DNA of 32,000 nt from Telmatocola sphagniphila (GTDB lineage Bacteria; Planctomycetota; Planctomycetia; Gemmatales; Gemmataceae): positions 5,100,001 to 5,132,000 of the forward strand of contig NZ_CP074694.1 of the NCBI RefSeq assembly GCF_018398935.1, written 5' to 3'. This document shows, piece after piece, positions 15,400-23,685 of this stretch. Every line of letters starts with the position of its first letter. Positions within the stretch are counted from its first letter, which is position 1. The translations under genes and the position numbers were made by a program. The notes under the pieces are model-generated. The model worked only from the letters and a program-made list of their open reading frames with translations. It was not told the origin of the DNA and made no database searches.

Positions 15400-15700
15400 C
15401 ACTAACACTGTGGAAAACTTGGCGCGCATTTGTCACTTAACTGGCGCGCCTCGACACTTCTTATTCATCCGAACTTCTTAAAGTTTCTGGCCTTCCGAAC
15501 GCGCGCCGATGCGCGACATTTTATTGACAAGTTATGAACAGGTTTTCCACATTCGCGAATTGTTCCTAAAATCTTGGGACCGATAGCTTTAGAGCGAATT
15601 ACAGGAAGTTATTGGCAAATTCGCGTCTCTCTTACTACTGACTCTGAATTTATTCATTCAAGAGATAAGAAAATAAGAACATCCGAGAGCCGTCAGCCGA
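15400..15700. other. Candidate oriC core in the dnaA-dnaN spacer (DnaA-box-like 9-mers plus AT-rich stretches)
   Basis: TGTGGAAAA at 15409-15417 and its reverse complement TTTTCCACA at 15543-15551 each differ by 1 mismatch from TTATCCACA. TTATTGACA (15521-29) and TTATGAACA (15532-40) form an 11-bp phased array with the 15543 box. AT-rich segments lie at about 15455-15490 and 15640-15680, with TTATTCAT repeated at 15461 and 15650. Confidence 0.5.
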
Positions 15701-15710
15701 TTGGGTTGGT

Positions 15711-15829
15711 TAGCCCGAACGTGAGTGAGGGCAGTAAAACGAATTGTTCCCCCACAGGAAAAGATTCCCTCCGCTCATTCTGTTTTGGGACATCCACGCT
15801 GAGACTGCCCTCGATCACGCGTCGGGCTA
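15711..15829. repeat. Long imperfect inverted repeat (119-nt stem-loop) in the dnaA-dnaN spacer
   Basis: TAGCCCGAACGTGAGTGAGGGCAGT (15711-15735) pairs with ACTGCCCTCGATCACGCGTCGGGCTA (15804-15829). The helical segments are 8, 5 and 9 bp around a 68-nt apical region. Confidence 0.6.
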
Positions 15830-15972
15830 AACTAAACAAGAACGACGCGATGACGGTTGTATCAGGAGCCGATTTCACAATTCTTCAGAAGCTACCCAAT
15901 TCCTTCTTGTGATATAACCGTTAAACTCCAAAATAAACACTTTGGTGTTTTTCGAAGGACGAGGTCGAACCC

Positions 15973-17070
15973 ATGCTTGTGAAGTGTCAGCGCGATGCTT
16001 TGTTGATGGCCTGCCAGGTGGTGGGTACTGCGGTGGCATCCCGGACCACCAAACCGATTCTCAGCTCGATCAAAGCGGTAGCCGATAAGAATAGCCTGAC
16101 GCTTCTGGCCACCGACCTCGAGGTGGCCATCCGCTACGAACTGAAAGGCATCTCAGTCGATCAACCGGGCGAAGCAATTCTGCCTATCGGTCGACTGGTT
16201 TCGATTCTGCGGGAAAGTCCCGATACGGAAATCGTGATCGATGCCGATCAACGCCGGGCACGCGTCTTCACGACTTCCTCGGAATTCGAAATGCCGAGCG
16301 AAGATCCGAACGAGTTCCCTCCGATTCCGTTGATGGAAGGCCAGTATCACGAACTGTCGGCCGGGGTGCTCCGACAACTGATTCGTCGCACTGCTTTCGC
16401 CGTGGGTAAGGACAACACCAAGTACGCCATCACGGCCATTCTCTGGGAAGTCGAAGACGGCAAGGCTCGTCTGGTAGCCACCGATACCCGACGGCTGGCT
16501 GTTGCCACCGGCGTCGCCAATGTGGAAGCGGGCGAGAATAAGGGGCACACTCATCTGGTGCCGGTGAAGGCGGTTCAGATTCTCGAGCGCAATCTTCACG
16601 ACGACCTGGAACTGGTGAAAGTTGCCCTGCGACCCAATGAGGTGATTTTTCAGACCGAGAAAGCGATGATTTACAGCCGGTTGCTGGAAGGTCGCTATCC
16701 CCCCTATCAGCAGATTCTGCCCAAGAAAAGCACTGCCAAGATTCATCTGGCCGTCGATGCCCTGCTCTCTTCGGTGCGGCAGGCCGCGATTATGACCGAC
16801 GATGAAACCAAGCGGGTCAGTTTCATTTTCCATAACAAGAAGCTGATTTTGCAGGCCCAGGGAGCAACGACCGGAAAATCCAAAGTCGAAATGCCGATTC
16901 CCTATGACGGCGAGGAGATTCGCATCGATTTCGATCCCAACTACGTTGCGGATATGCTCAAAGTCCTCGATCCCAAAGACGAGGTGCTGCTGGAATTGAC
17001 CGATGGTCAGAAGCCGGCTCTTTTCAAACATGGAACCGACTATCAGTATCTGGTGATGCCGCTCACCTGA
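15973..17070 (+). CDS. dnaN: DNA polymerase III subunit beta (sliding clamp)
   Basis: 365 aa, starting MLVKCQRDALLMACQVVGTAVASRTTKPILSSIKAVADKNSLTLLATDLEVAIRY and ending ...LFKHGTDYQYLVMPLT. It has the typical DnaN length, N-terminal pattern and position after dnaA. Confidence 0.95.
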   Translation: MLVKCQRDALLMACQVVGTAVASRTTKPILSSIKAVADKNSLTLLATDLEVAIRYELKGISVDQPGEAILPIGRLVSILRESPDTEIVIDADQRRARVFTTSSEFEMPSEDPNEFPPIPLMEGQYHELSAGVLRQLIRRTAFAVGKDNTKYAITAILWEVEDGKARLVATDTRRLAVATGVANVEAGENKGHTHLVPVKAVQILERNLHDDLELVKVALRPNEVIFQTEKAMIYSRLLEGRYPPYQQILPKKSTAKIHLAVDALLSSVRQAAIMTDDETKRVSFIFHNKKLILQAQGATTGKSKVEMPIPYDGEEIRIDFDPNYVADMLKVLDPKDEVLLELTDGQKPALFKHGTDYQYLVMPLT

Positions 17071-17080
17071 TGAATCCAAC

Positions 17081-17115
17081 GGCGGAACTTCGACGAAAAA
17101 AGTTCCGCCCATTTC
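17081..17115 (+). terminator. Probable terminator after dnaN
   Basis: GGCGGAACTT-cgacgaaaa-AAGTTCCGCC (perfect 10-bp stem, 17081-17109), 11 nt after the dnaN stop. The trailing sequence CATTTCAAGTT is only moderately T-rich. Confidence 0.5.
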
Positions 17116-17509
17116 AAGTTGTACCGATTGCGCGTGTAAGTTGATCCGCAGAGCGATTTCTGAGAAGGGACTGCTCAAAAACGGACGTTTTCTCTCGAAT
17201 TCCGAACGATCAAAGACGATACCTATCGTGTCACAGAACGTGTGTTTTGCCTAGTTTAACGTGATGGAAACTCGAGGAACGGAACGGTTGAATCGGCGGA
17301 TCTCACGACATGTAACCTGGACGAACGCGGGTCTCTCCAGCCGTGTTTTCGTAAATGCTTCGCATGACCGGTCTAACCAGAATATTTTCAAACCTGAGCT
17401 TTACAAATCGGATATTTGTCAAGATTCCATAATGAGGAATTGACAAACCTCGATAGAATCTGGTGTTAAGGATGACATCTCGTTACCCATTCTCGGATCG
17501 GTAATATCT

Positions 17510-18367
17510 ATGGTGCGGGACGCGGAAAATATGGTCAAATCTCGTCGTTTGCGAACGGACCTGGTGCAGTCTCCTCTGGAGACTTACCTCCGTGAGATCA
17601 ACGAGACCTCTCTGCTATCCGCTCAGGACGAGAAAGATCTTGCCAATCGGATCGCCGTGGGCGATGTGCAGGCTCGCGATAAAATGGTTCGCGCCAACCT
17701 TCGGTTGGTCGTCAACATTGCTCGCGGCTACACCGGCAAAGGTCTCGCTCTTCAAGATCTGATCGAAGAAGGCAATCTCGGTCTGTTGCGAGCGGTCGAA
17801 GGTTTCGACCCTTCGATGAACACCCGGTTCAGTACTTATGCCAGCTACTGGATCAAGCAGTCAATTAAAAGAGCCCTAGTCAACACCGCCAAGACGATTC
17901 GCATCCCCGCCTACATGGTGGAGTTGCTGGCCAAATGGCGGCGGGCGACCAATCAGCTGACCGATGAACTCAATCGGCCGCCGACGAACGAAGAGATCGC
18001 CAAGTTTCTGGGCTTGCCCAAGAAGAAACTGAACATCATCAAGAAGGCGATCCGGGTTTACAACTCGACGCCGCAGAGCGACCAGACCGATGCCGGTTGG
18101 AGCATTGATGAAATGCTGGAAGACGGCCGTTCGAAGGCTCCCGATGCGGAGATGCTTGAGAACGACGTTTTGAAGCAGGTCCTCGGACTGCTCGACAAGA
18201 TGGACAAGCGCGAAGCGACCGTGTTGCGGATGCGTTTCGGACTCGATTGCGAAGAGCCCAAGACGCTCAAGGAAATTGGGGAATGTCTCGGTCTGACTCG
18301 GGAACGGGTTCGACAGATTGAAAGTGAAGCCCTGGCGAAACTGAACGAAAATCTCTCAGCCGACTAA
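17510..18367 (+). CDS. Sigma-70 family RNA polymerase sigma factor (RpoD-like, regions 1.2-4 present, no region 1.1)
   Basis: Region 2 is MVRANLRLVVNIARGYTGKGLALQDLIEEGNLGLLRAVEGFDPSMNTRFSTYASYWIKQSIKRAL. Region 4.2 helix-turn-helix is TLKEIGECLGLTRERVRQIESEALAKL. The start could instead be the ATG at 17531. Confidence 0.9.
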   Translation: MVRDAENMVKSRRLRTDLVQSPLETYLREINETSLLSAQDEKDLANRIAVGDVQARDKMVRANLRLVVNIARGYTGKGLALQDLIEEGNLGLLRAVEGFDPSMNTRFSTYASYWIKQSIKRALVNTAKTIRIPAYMVELLAKWRRATNQLTDELNRPPTNEEIAKFLGLPKKKLNIIKKAIRVYNSTPQSDQTDAGWSIDEMLEDGRSKAPDAEMLENDVLKQVLGLLDKMDKREATVLRMRFGLDCEEPKTLKEIGECLGLTRERVRQIESEALAKLNENLSAD

Positions 18368-18398
18368 TACCTGCTATTATTCATTCGAATCTCTCATC

Positions 18399-18430
18399 CA
18401 CCCGGTCGATTGGCCGGGTGAATGTTTTTG
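18399..18430 (+). terminator. Rho-independent terminator after the sigma factor gene (between convergent genes)
   Basis: CACCCGGTC-gatt-GGCCGGGTG (9-bp stem including one G-U pair, 18399-18420), followed by AATGTTTTTG. Confidence 0.65.
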
Positions 18431-18447
18431 TGGGGCGCCTTTTCGAA

Positions 18448-19092
18448 CTACAACCGGCCCGAATCAAGGGCTAGTCCGATTAAAAGACCAGTGAAATAGA
18501 CGAGACGGGCTTCCGGATTGTTTGTGATATTAAACTCATCCAACCATTTATTAATCGATTTGCAATCTTGTTTCCATCTCACGCTTAAAGCCTGAAGTTC
18601 TAATTTTTCTTCTGGGGTCATGCGGTTATCCAGAAATTCAAAAATTTGGATTTCGAATTGAATTTTCCCGTATTTTTCCGCTGGTTCGACCAGGTATTGG
18701 AGCAATGCGGGAAGTTTGGTCCAATCTCGTTCTTCCTCAAAGGTTATCAAGCGTACCTTGCCATCGTTAAACGGCACGATGTTCAGTTCTCCAAGTTGTT
18801 CGAATAAAACCATTAATCCCGTGATCGACCAAGTAGTATCGGCCGGGGAGTTTTCATTGTCATTCTGAGCATCCAACCACTTGCTGATAGTGATCGCATG
18901 ACCCTTCTGATCGATTTCCTCATAAAGTTTACGAAGAGGTTCGATAGCTTTTTTCGGGAGTTTCTCGGCATATTTCACGTGTCGGCCGAGCCGTCGATCA
19001 AAGCTAGCCATGCGAGCCTCCGAACCATGTTTTTCAGCGAGCGGGATGATGTAATGCAATTCCGGTGGAACATGAGCGGGTGAAATGGACAT
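18448..19092 (-). CDS. Hypothetical protein with an internal two-fold domain duplication (214 aa)
   Basis: ATG at 19092. The N-half (ELHYIIPLAEKHG...ITISKWLDAQNDNENSPADTTWSITGLMVLFEQLG) aligns by eye with the C-half (LLQYLVEPAEKYG...KSINKWLDEFNITNNPEARLVYFTGLLIGLALDSG). The coding sequence is lower in GC than its flanks. Confidence 0.65.
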   Translation of the reverse strand: MSISPAHVPPELHYIIPLAEKHGSEARMASFDRRLGRHVKYAEKLPKKAIEPLRKLYEEIDQKGHAITISKWLDAQNDNENSPADTTWSITGLMVLFEQLGELNIVPFNDGKVRLITFEEERDWTKLPALLQYLVEPAEKYGKIQFEIQIFEFLDNRMTPEEKLELQALSVRWKQDCKSINKWLDEFNITNNPEARLVYFTGLLIGLALDSGRL

Positions 19093-19127
19093 GGGAGGCT
19101 ATCTCAGTTTCGACACAAAGTAATTCA

Positions 19128-19508
19128 TCATCCGGCAATCTTCGAATTGTCGTACCGTTTATTATCTCTTTTGCGAGCCCAAAGCACTCCTGCAAAAATG
19201 CTGAAGCACAAAGTCACAATTAACGAGCAGAAATAGACCAAGAAAAAAATGAATCCGATCATGGACATTTCGAAGAGATCGGGATCGGGGCTGAGCAACC
19301 CTCGACATAAACTCATGAGTACAAAATAACCCAGTGCGGCCAAGGGTACTCCAACAACAACGAAGCCAAGCAAAAAATTGGAGATGAGAAGGATCGTTCG
19401 TTTTTTGGGTGGTATCTGTCCCAAAGAGCAGACAATAAAGCACAATGCAAAAAGGAGAGTCACTGCAACGGCAATATTTTCGAAATCATCCATGGCGAGT
19501 ACTGTCAT
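19128..19508 (-). CDS. Small integral membrane protein (about 4 TM helices, 126 aa)
   Basis: ATG at 19508 (the ORF-track start at 19511 is a TTG). Hydrophobic segments are IAVAVTLLFALCFIVCSL, ILLISNFLLGFVVVGVPLAALGYFVLMSL and MIGFIFFLVYFCSLIVTLCFSIFAGVLW. It lies 35 nt upstream of 18448-19092 on the same strand. Confidence 0.55.
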   Translation of the reverse strand: MTVLAMDDFENIAVAVTLLFALCFIVCSLGQIPPKKRTILLISNFLLGFVVVGVPLAALGYFVLMSLCRGLLSPDPDLFEMSMIGFIFFLVYFCSLIVTLCFSIFAGVLWARKRDNKRYDNSKIAG

Positions 19509-19660
19509 CAAAACTGGGTTAGGAATCTACACTATTATTACTAAATGCAATCACGCGGAAAAGTGTTGCGTTGAAGAATTGGAAATTCCAATCTCATAGT
19601 CAGCTAAAAATCTTTGCGTAGCCTAACAATCAGGCTCTCTGGATTCCAAGATCATATAAG

Positions 19661-20338
19661 ATGCTACTTATGAATGATCTGCAAACTACCGAACGGGCTG
19701 CTTGCATCCGTCGCATTTGCGAAGATCCGTACAACCTCGCACTAAAATTGATTTTCGCGGATTGGCTGGAAGAAAATCATCCGGAGGAAATCGAGTGGGT
19801 CGAGCAGATTCGGACAATCAATGACGAAGCGATCTCGCAAGAGATGAGCATTGGTGACAAGAAATTTTCCGCCAGGATTCGAAATGGCTTTTTCTGCCAA
19901 GTGGCCATGACATGCGATATGTTCATGGAAAATGCAAAAGAACTTTTTGAACAGCAACCGATTACGAAAGTGGAGCTTTTGGATAAATTCCCAGAGAAGC
20001 TTTTTTTGAAGGATTCTCCTGAAGAAACTAGCGTTCTCTTTACGTGGTTTTTGGAATCACCACGAGAGTTCGGAGAACAGCAAAGATTCCAGGAAATGCT
20101 AGAAAGTATCGAAAGAGACCGCGCCCGCAACTATCTGCCCAAGTCGCTTTGGGGTTTCCCGGCATGGCAACCTCACACCAGTTCAAAGCAACTTCCAGAG
20201 CCGATTTGGGAACGCACAAAGAGGGCTCGCGAAAGTATTCAGGAATCCCTGGAGGTATTATCGCAGGCCTGTGTTGATTTTGGCCGAACCCTGGCAGGGT
20301 TGCCGCCACTGAAGTGGCCAGAGGAAAAGTTGAGGTGA
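19661..20338 (+). CDS. TIGR02996 (repeat-companion) domain-containing hypothetical protein (225 aa)
   Basis: The N-terminus ICEDPYNLALKLIFADWLEENHPEEIEWVEQIR matches the characteristic DD.PRLVYADWLEE.GD..RAEFIR pattern of the TIGR02996 domain, which is common in Gemmatales and Myxococcota. Confidence 0.65.
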   Translation: MLLMNDLQTTERAACIRRICEDPYNLALKLIFADWLEENHPEEIEWVEQIRTINDEAISQEMSIGDKKFSARIRNGFFCQVAMTCDMFMENAKELFEQQPITKVELLDKFPEKLFLKDSPEETSVLFTWFLESPREFGEQQRFQEMLESIERDRARNYLPKSLWGFPAWQPHTSSKQLPEPIWERTKRARESIQESLEVLSQACVDFGRTLAGLPPLKWPEEKLR

Positions 20339-20363
20339 GCGTTGAGGTGCGGCGGATTGAGTG

Positions 20364-20954
20364 TTACTTGGGATTGTAATCTACCGCGAACCATGTTGAA
20401 ATATCATCGGTGATATCTGGACTCCAAGCACATACAAAATGAAGTTGTGATTTTTGCTTTATGGCAACCTCGAATCCGTCTCGGCGATAAGTCGTATCAG
20501 TTTCATAGTCGGGAAGGCCAACCGTGACCTTGGTTTTGCCATCGGTCCAAGATTGAGCATCGAGATTCTCTCCAATTTCTGGACCTACCTCAGTCCATTT
20601 TGATTTTTCATCCCAGCGACATCGAAAAACCTTTGATCTGCGAGTCGGTAGACTTCCCTCAATTAAGTGATTCGTTGGCGTCAGTCGCAAGATTGCTGCG
20701 TAAGCATCCGTTACTGACATTCCTTTTGGGAGAGATAATATCGGTCGAAACAATATCAATTCAGCTCCTACATCTTCGGGCCAGATGAAGATGGTCGTTT
20801 CGTCGGCGCAGAATACACTCGATGGTTTTAATTCGATACCATTGGCTTCTAAAAAAAGATCGATTCGGCCGAGCGGAGTTGGAAAAGAGGGAGACACGAC
20901 ATCGGCTTGCCGTAACGGGGCATCAATTCGAAACAATTTTGGGTGAATTTCCAT
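20364..20954 (-). CDS. Hypothetical protein (196 aa)
   Basis: ATG-initiated ORF with protein-like composition. I recognised no motif. It converges on 19661-20338 with a 25-nt gap. Confidence 0.5.
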   Translation of the reverse strand: MEIHPKLFRIDAPLRQADVVSPSFPTPLGRIDLFLEANGIELKPSSVFCADETTIFIWPEDVGAELILFRPILSLPKGMSVTDAYAAILRLTPTNHLIEGSLPTRRSKVFRCRWDEKSKWTEVGPEIGENLDAQSWTDGKTKVTVGLPDYETDTTYRRDGFEVAIKQKSQLHFVCAWSPDITDDISTWFAVDYNPK

Positions 20955-21133
20955 TCGGTTAATCTATTCATTCGTTTGTGATTTTGGAATCGGAGGCAAT
21001 GCCTATAAAAGGGAGCCTGTCCAACTCCTAAGAACAAAATCGAAAGAGAAATTGAGCGGGAAAATTGGACTGTTGAAAACTAAGAAAAACGATTTTTTGT
21101 TACAGCCCTTAAGTTCTAAATTTCGAGGCCGAG

Positions 21134-21592
21134 TCACTGGTCGAACATCTCGAAACTTCGGGGACTGTACCCGAAAATTCGAATCAAGTCCGCCCCAACA
21201 TGATAGTCCATTCCTACTTGTTCTAGAAGAGGAATCAACCACTCGGAGTGGTCAATAATCTTTTCCTGAGGAGGTAGCCGATGCACTCGAAGCTTTTGCA
21301 AATAACCTATATCGAACCATTCAACAGATAAGAATGGGAATGGCAAATGATAAAACCATCCCACGTCCCAGTCTGATATGGGTCCATCGATGCATTTGAA
21401 GCGATAGCTAGGTCGCCAGTCAGTTCGAGATCGAATGGCATTAATAAACTCGTCCCACTTCGTGTCGTTCGCTAATCCAATTAGGCCACGCTCCGATATT
21501 ATTCGCCGTAATTTTTCACGCTCGTCGGAATTGTAGCTGACGAAAGGATTTCTTGGAGTTGATTTCGCATTGGGTAAATCGCTTGGAGTCAT
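21134..21592 (-). CDS. Hypothetical protein (152 aa)
   Basis: ATG at 21592 (the ORF-track start at 21598 is a TTG). The sequence is Trp/Phe-rich and globular-looking (WDEFINAIRSRTDWRPSYRFKCIDGPISDWDVGWFYHLPFPF). I recognised no family with confidence. Confidence 0.5.
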   Translation of the reverse strand: MTPSDLPNAKSTPRNPFVSYNSDEREKLRRIISERGLIGLANDTKWDEFINAIRSRTDWRPSYRFKCIDGPISDWDVGWFYHLPFPFLSVEWFDIGYLQKLRVHRLPPQEKIIDHSEWLIPLLEQVGMDYHVGADLIRIFGYSPRSFEMFDQ

Positions 21593-21733
21593 TTCCAATT
21601 CTCAATGCTCGATAAGGAGGCAGAAAGCAAAACATGATCTTCTCTGTGGCTGTCCATCCAATTTTTTAGCGATCAGATGTCAAACGGTGATTTCATTTTA
21701 CCGCATTCCCAATTCATAGATAGCCTCTTGCTG

Positions 21734-22540
21734 CTAATTTTCATCGCGTTTCAACCAGGTCAGCTCTGGCAAATCCGGCATGGTACGCTTCGTATTATCT
21801 TTTAGCAGAAGTTCTTTAAGCGCGACGCACATCCATTCCAGGCGTTCGGGTTGCAGTAGCGAGCCGAATTGAATTTTGCGTTCCGATCTCAATTCAATAA
21901 ATCGATTAGCTTTAGTTTCTCCATCCGATTGCCAAGTTTTCGTGCCAAAGGTTACGTCATTCACTTGCGAAGCTTTAAAGCGCTTTTTCCACAAGAGGAA
22001 GCTGAATCCTGTAGCAGCGTATGAATCAAATTCGTCGATAACTACTACGACCTTTCCGATGATGTTCATCAAGGCGATGGTGAGAACTGATATCCCAGCG
22101 ATCACGAATGGAACGAGAAATAAGCAGAGGAATAAGGTCATTCCCAGGTCCATCGGAGCGCCATTCATTTCCGGTTTGCCGCCGTTCTCTTTCGGGGCTG
22201 GGAACCATTCCGGAAGCGGGCCTATCAAATTGCTGTAAAGCCCGGCGAGGGCAATCATCAAAAATATTGAAAGAAAGCCATTCCAGAACAGCGCGAAGCC
22301 GGCAAAAAACAAAAATTTGGGGATCGATTTCAACGAGCCGCGCACGACGACTCGCTCCCCCTCGGCTACGATTGAACAGCCAGACGGTGGTTGAACGAGA
22401 GTTTCCTGAATTGTGCGGCCGCTGTGATTCAGCATCGAAAGCTTTGTCAGTCCTCCGCAAGCGGGGCAAAGGGCAAATCCTTCCTGGATGTTGATATCTT
22501 GCGCCGAGATGAGACTGTCACAATTTGGGCAACGCTGCAT
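21734..22540 (-). CDS. Zinc-ribbon membrane protein, hypothetical (268 aa)
   Basis: The N-terminal CxxC...CxxC (MQRCPNCDSLISAQDINIQEGFALCPACGG) is followed by hydrophobic helices (FLFFAGFALFWNGFLSIFLMIALAGLY; MTLFLCLFLVPFVIAGISVLTIALMNIIG). Confidence 0.6.
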   Translation of the reverse strand: MQRCPNCDSLISAQDINIQEGFALCPACGGLTKLSMLNHSGRTIQETLVQPPSGCSIVAEGERVVVRGSLKSIPKFLFFAGFALFWNGFLSIFLMIALAGLYSNLIGPLPEWFPAPKENGGKPEMNGAPMDLGMTLFLCLFLVPFVIAGISVLTIALMNIIGKVVVVIDEFDSYAATGFSFLLWKKRFKASQVNDVTFGTKTWQSDGETKANRFIELRSERKIQFGSLLQPERLEWMCVALKELLLKDNTKRTMPDLPELTWLKRDEN

Positions 22541-22651
22541 GGCAAACCTCTTCGATAAGCGTTTTAGGTTCCAGAGAAACTGCTAACTCTCTACCCTTGA
22601 ATATACAATTCCAGTGGGCGGTTGGGGAAACTGTAACTGATTCGTCTGGGA

Positions 22652-22843
22652 GGCACTGGCTATCTGCCAGTGCGTGAAAGCTCAGGCCTCAGAAAAGGCT
22701 TTGATCCTCATTCAGTGGCTATGTTGAACCAGGAATTCGAGGGTTACAAAGTTTGAGTGAGGTGGTTATCGGAAATACGCACTGGCAGATAGCGAGTGTC
22801 ACCCAAAACCAGACAAAATAACGAGTTAGGACAAACGAGAGGG
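22652..22843 (+). repeat. Structured repeat element, copy L (~190 bp; 22-nt arms pairing across ~105 nt)
   Basis: GGCACTGGCTATCTGCCAGTGC (22652-22673) matches the reverse complement of GCACTGGCAGATAGCGAGTGTC (22779-22800) at 20 of 22 positions. The internal and 3' tail sequences are homologous to 23686-23843. Confidence 0.7.
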
Positions 22844-22921
22844 GCTGGCCGCGCCGCCCGTCGCGACTTGCTCATGTACAATTTCGGAATCTATATACAG
22901 AACATTGTAAAAACGAGATCG

Positions 22922-23626
22922 ATGACTGAGGCATGCCACATGCAGAATCCAAGAGAAGGGCGGAAAATTGTCCTCACTCGGGACATCGACGGCCGCACCG
23001 AACTGGTCGAGTGGATCCGGCATGCCGACACCGTGTGGATTGTAAGCGATGGTCAGGAGAGAACGATCGGTCCGGAGGCGCGGCGACAGGAATGGGCCGA
23101 CCTGGAGTCGCAGGGCTTCGTCGAGATATTCCCCACGGACCAGCCAAAGATTGCCGCCGAAAAGGAACGCGTCTTAGTTTTGATCCGAAGCGCATTCCAG
23201 GGGGTTTCGCTTGGTGAAGGCGTCGGACTGCTCCAAGGTCAAGGTCTCGATGACTATGCCGACAAGCTCACGCTAGCTGCGTATCGTGCGCAAGATGAGA
23301 AGCAGGACTGGTCGGCGATTCCCGTTGCAGAGCTCAACCGATGTCACAGTAGTCTATCCTTCTTCGACGCGGCTGGAATGCGGTTTCATCTGCCGGCGTA
23401 TTTAGTCGCCGAGCTGGAAGGCAGTTTGCAGAGTATCGACGTTGTGTACTATTTGGTTCATATCTCGCGAGGCGGCGCATCGCAGTTCGAGACGTTGTCT
23501 CCAGCCCAGCGCGAAGCCGTGCGTGCGTTCTTATTGCTGCAACTTTCCGACGCCCATCGGGAGTTCGATCAACCGATGATCCAAGCATCGTTGAAAAATT
23601 ATTGGAAAGCAGACACCGTGTCATGA
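22922..23626 (+). CDS. Hypothetical protein (234 aa), flanked by the two structured repeat copies
   Basis: ATG at 22922 (MTEACHMQNPREGRK...). The ORF-track start at 22796 lies inside the repeat. The C-terminal half (SLSFFDAAGMRFHLPAYLVAELEG...LSPAQREAVRAFLLLQL) reminds me of a DUF family of unknown function, but I cannot verify that. Its GC content is visibly higher than that of the island to its left. Confidence 0.6.
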   Translation: MTEACHMQNPREGRKIVLTRDIDGRTELVEWIRHADTVWIVSDGQERTIGPEARRQEWADLESQGFVEIFPTDQPKIAAEKERVLVLIRSAFQGVSLGEGVGLLQGQGLDDYADKLTLAAYRAQDEKQDWSAIPVAELNRCHSSLSFFDAAGMRFHLPAYLVAELEGSLQSIDVVYYLVHISRGGASQFETLSPAQREAVRAFLLLQLSDAHREFDQPMIQASLKNYWKADTVS

Positions 23627-23685
23627 ACTACTGGAAGGAGTTGACCCAGTCGCAGCCTCCAACCGCGGCCGCATTGGGGCTGGTT

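Noticed and set aside
15574-15912. 112-aa ORF in the dnaA-dnaN spacer
   Set aside because: It starts at a non-ATG codon and spans the AT-rich stretch and the long inverted repeat. Its sequence is not protein-like (many Ser/Thr/Arg, no hydrophobic periodicity). The region is better explained as origin or regulatory DNA.
16153-17178. 341-aa minus-strand ORF
   Set aside because: It is entirely antisense to the well-supported dnaN gene. Its composition is low-complexity (Gly/Arg/Leu/Gln-rich) and I recognised no motifs.
21985-21993. Third exact TTTTCCACA DnaA-box-like 9-mer
   Set aside because: It lies inside the coding sequence of the zinc-ribbon membrane protein, far from dnaA, with no neighbouring boxes. 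It is most simply a chance occurrence.
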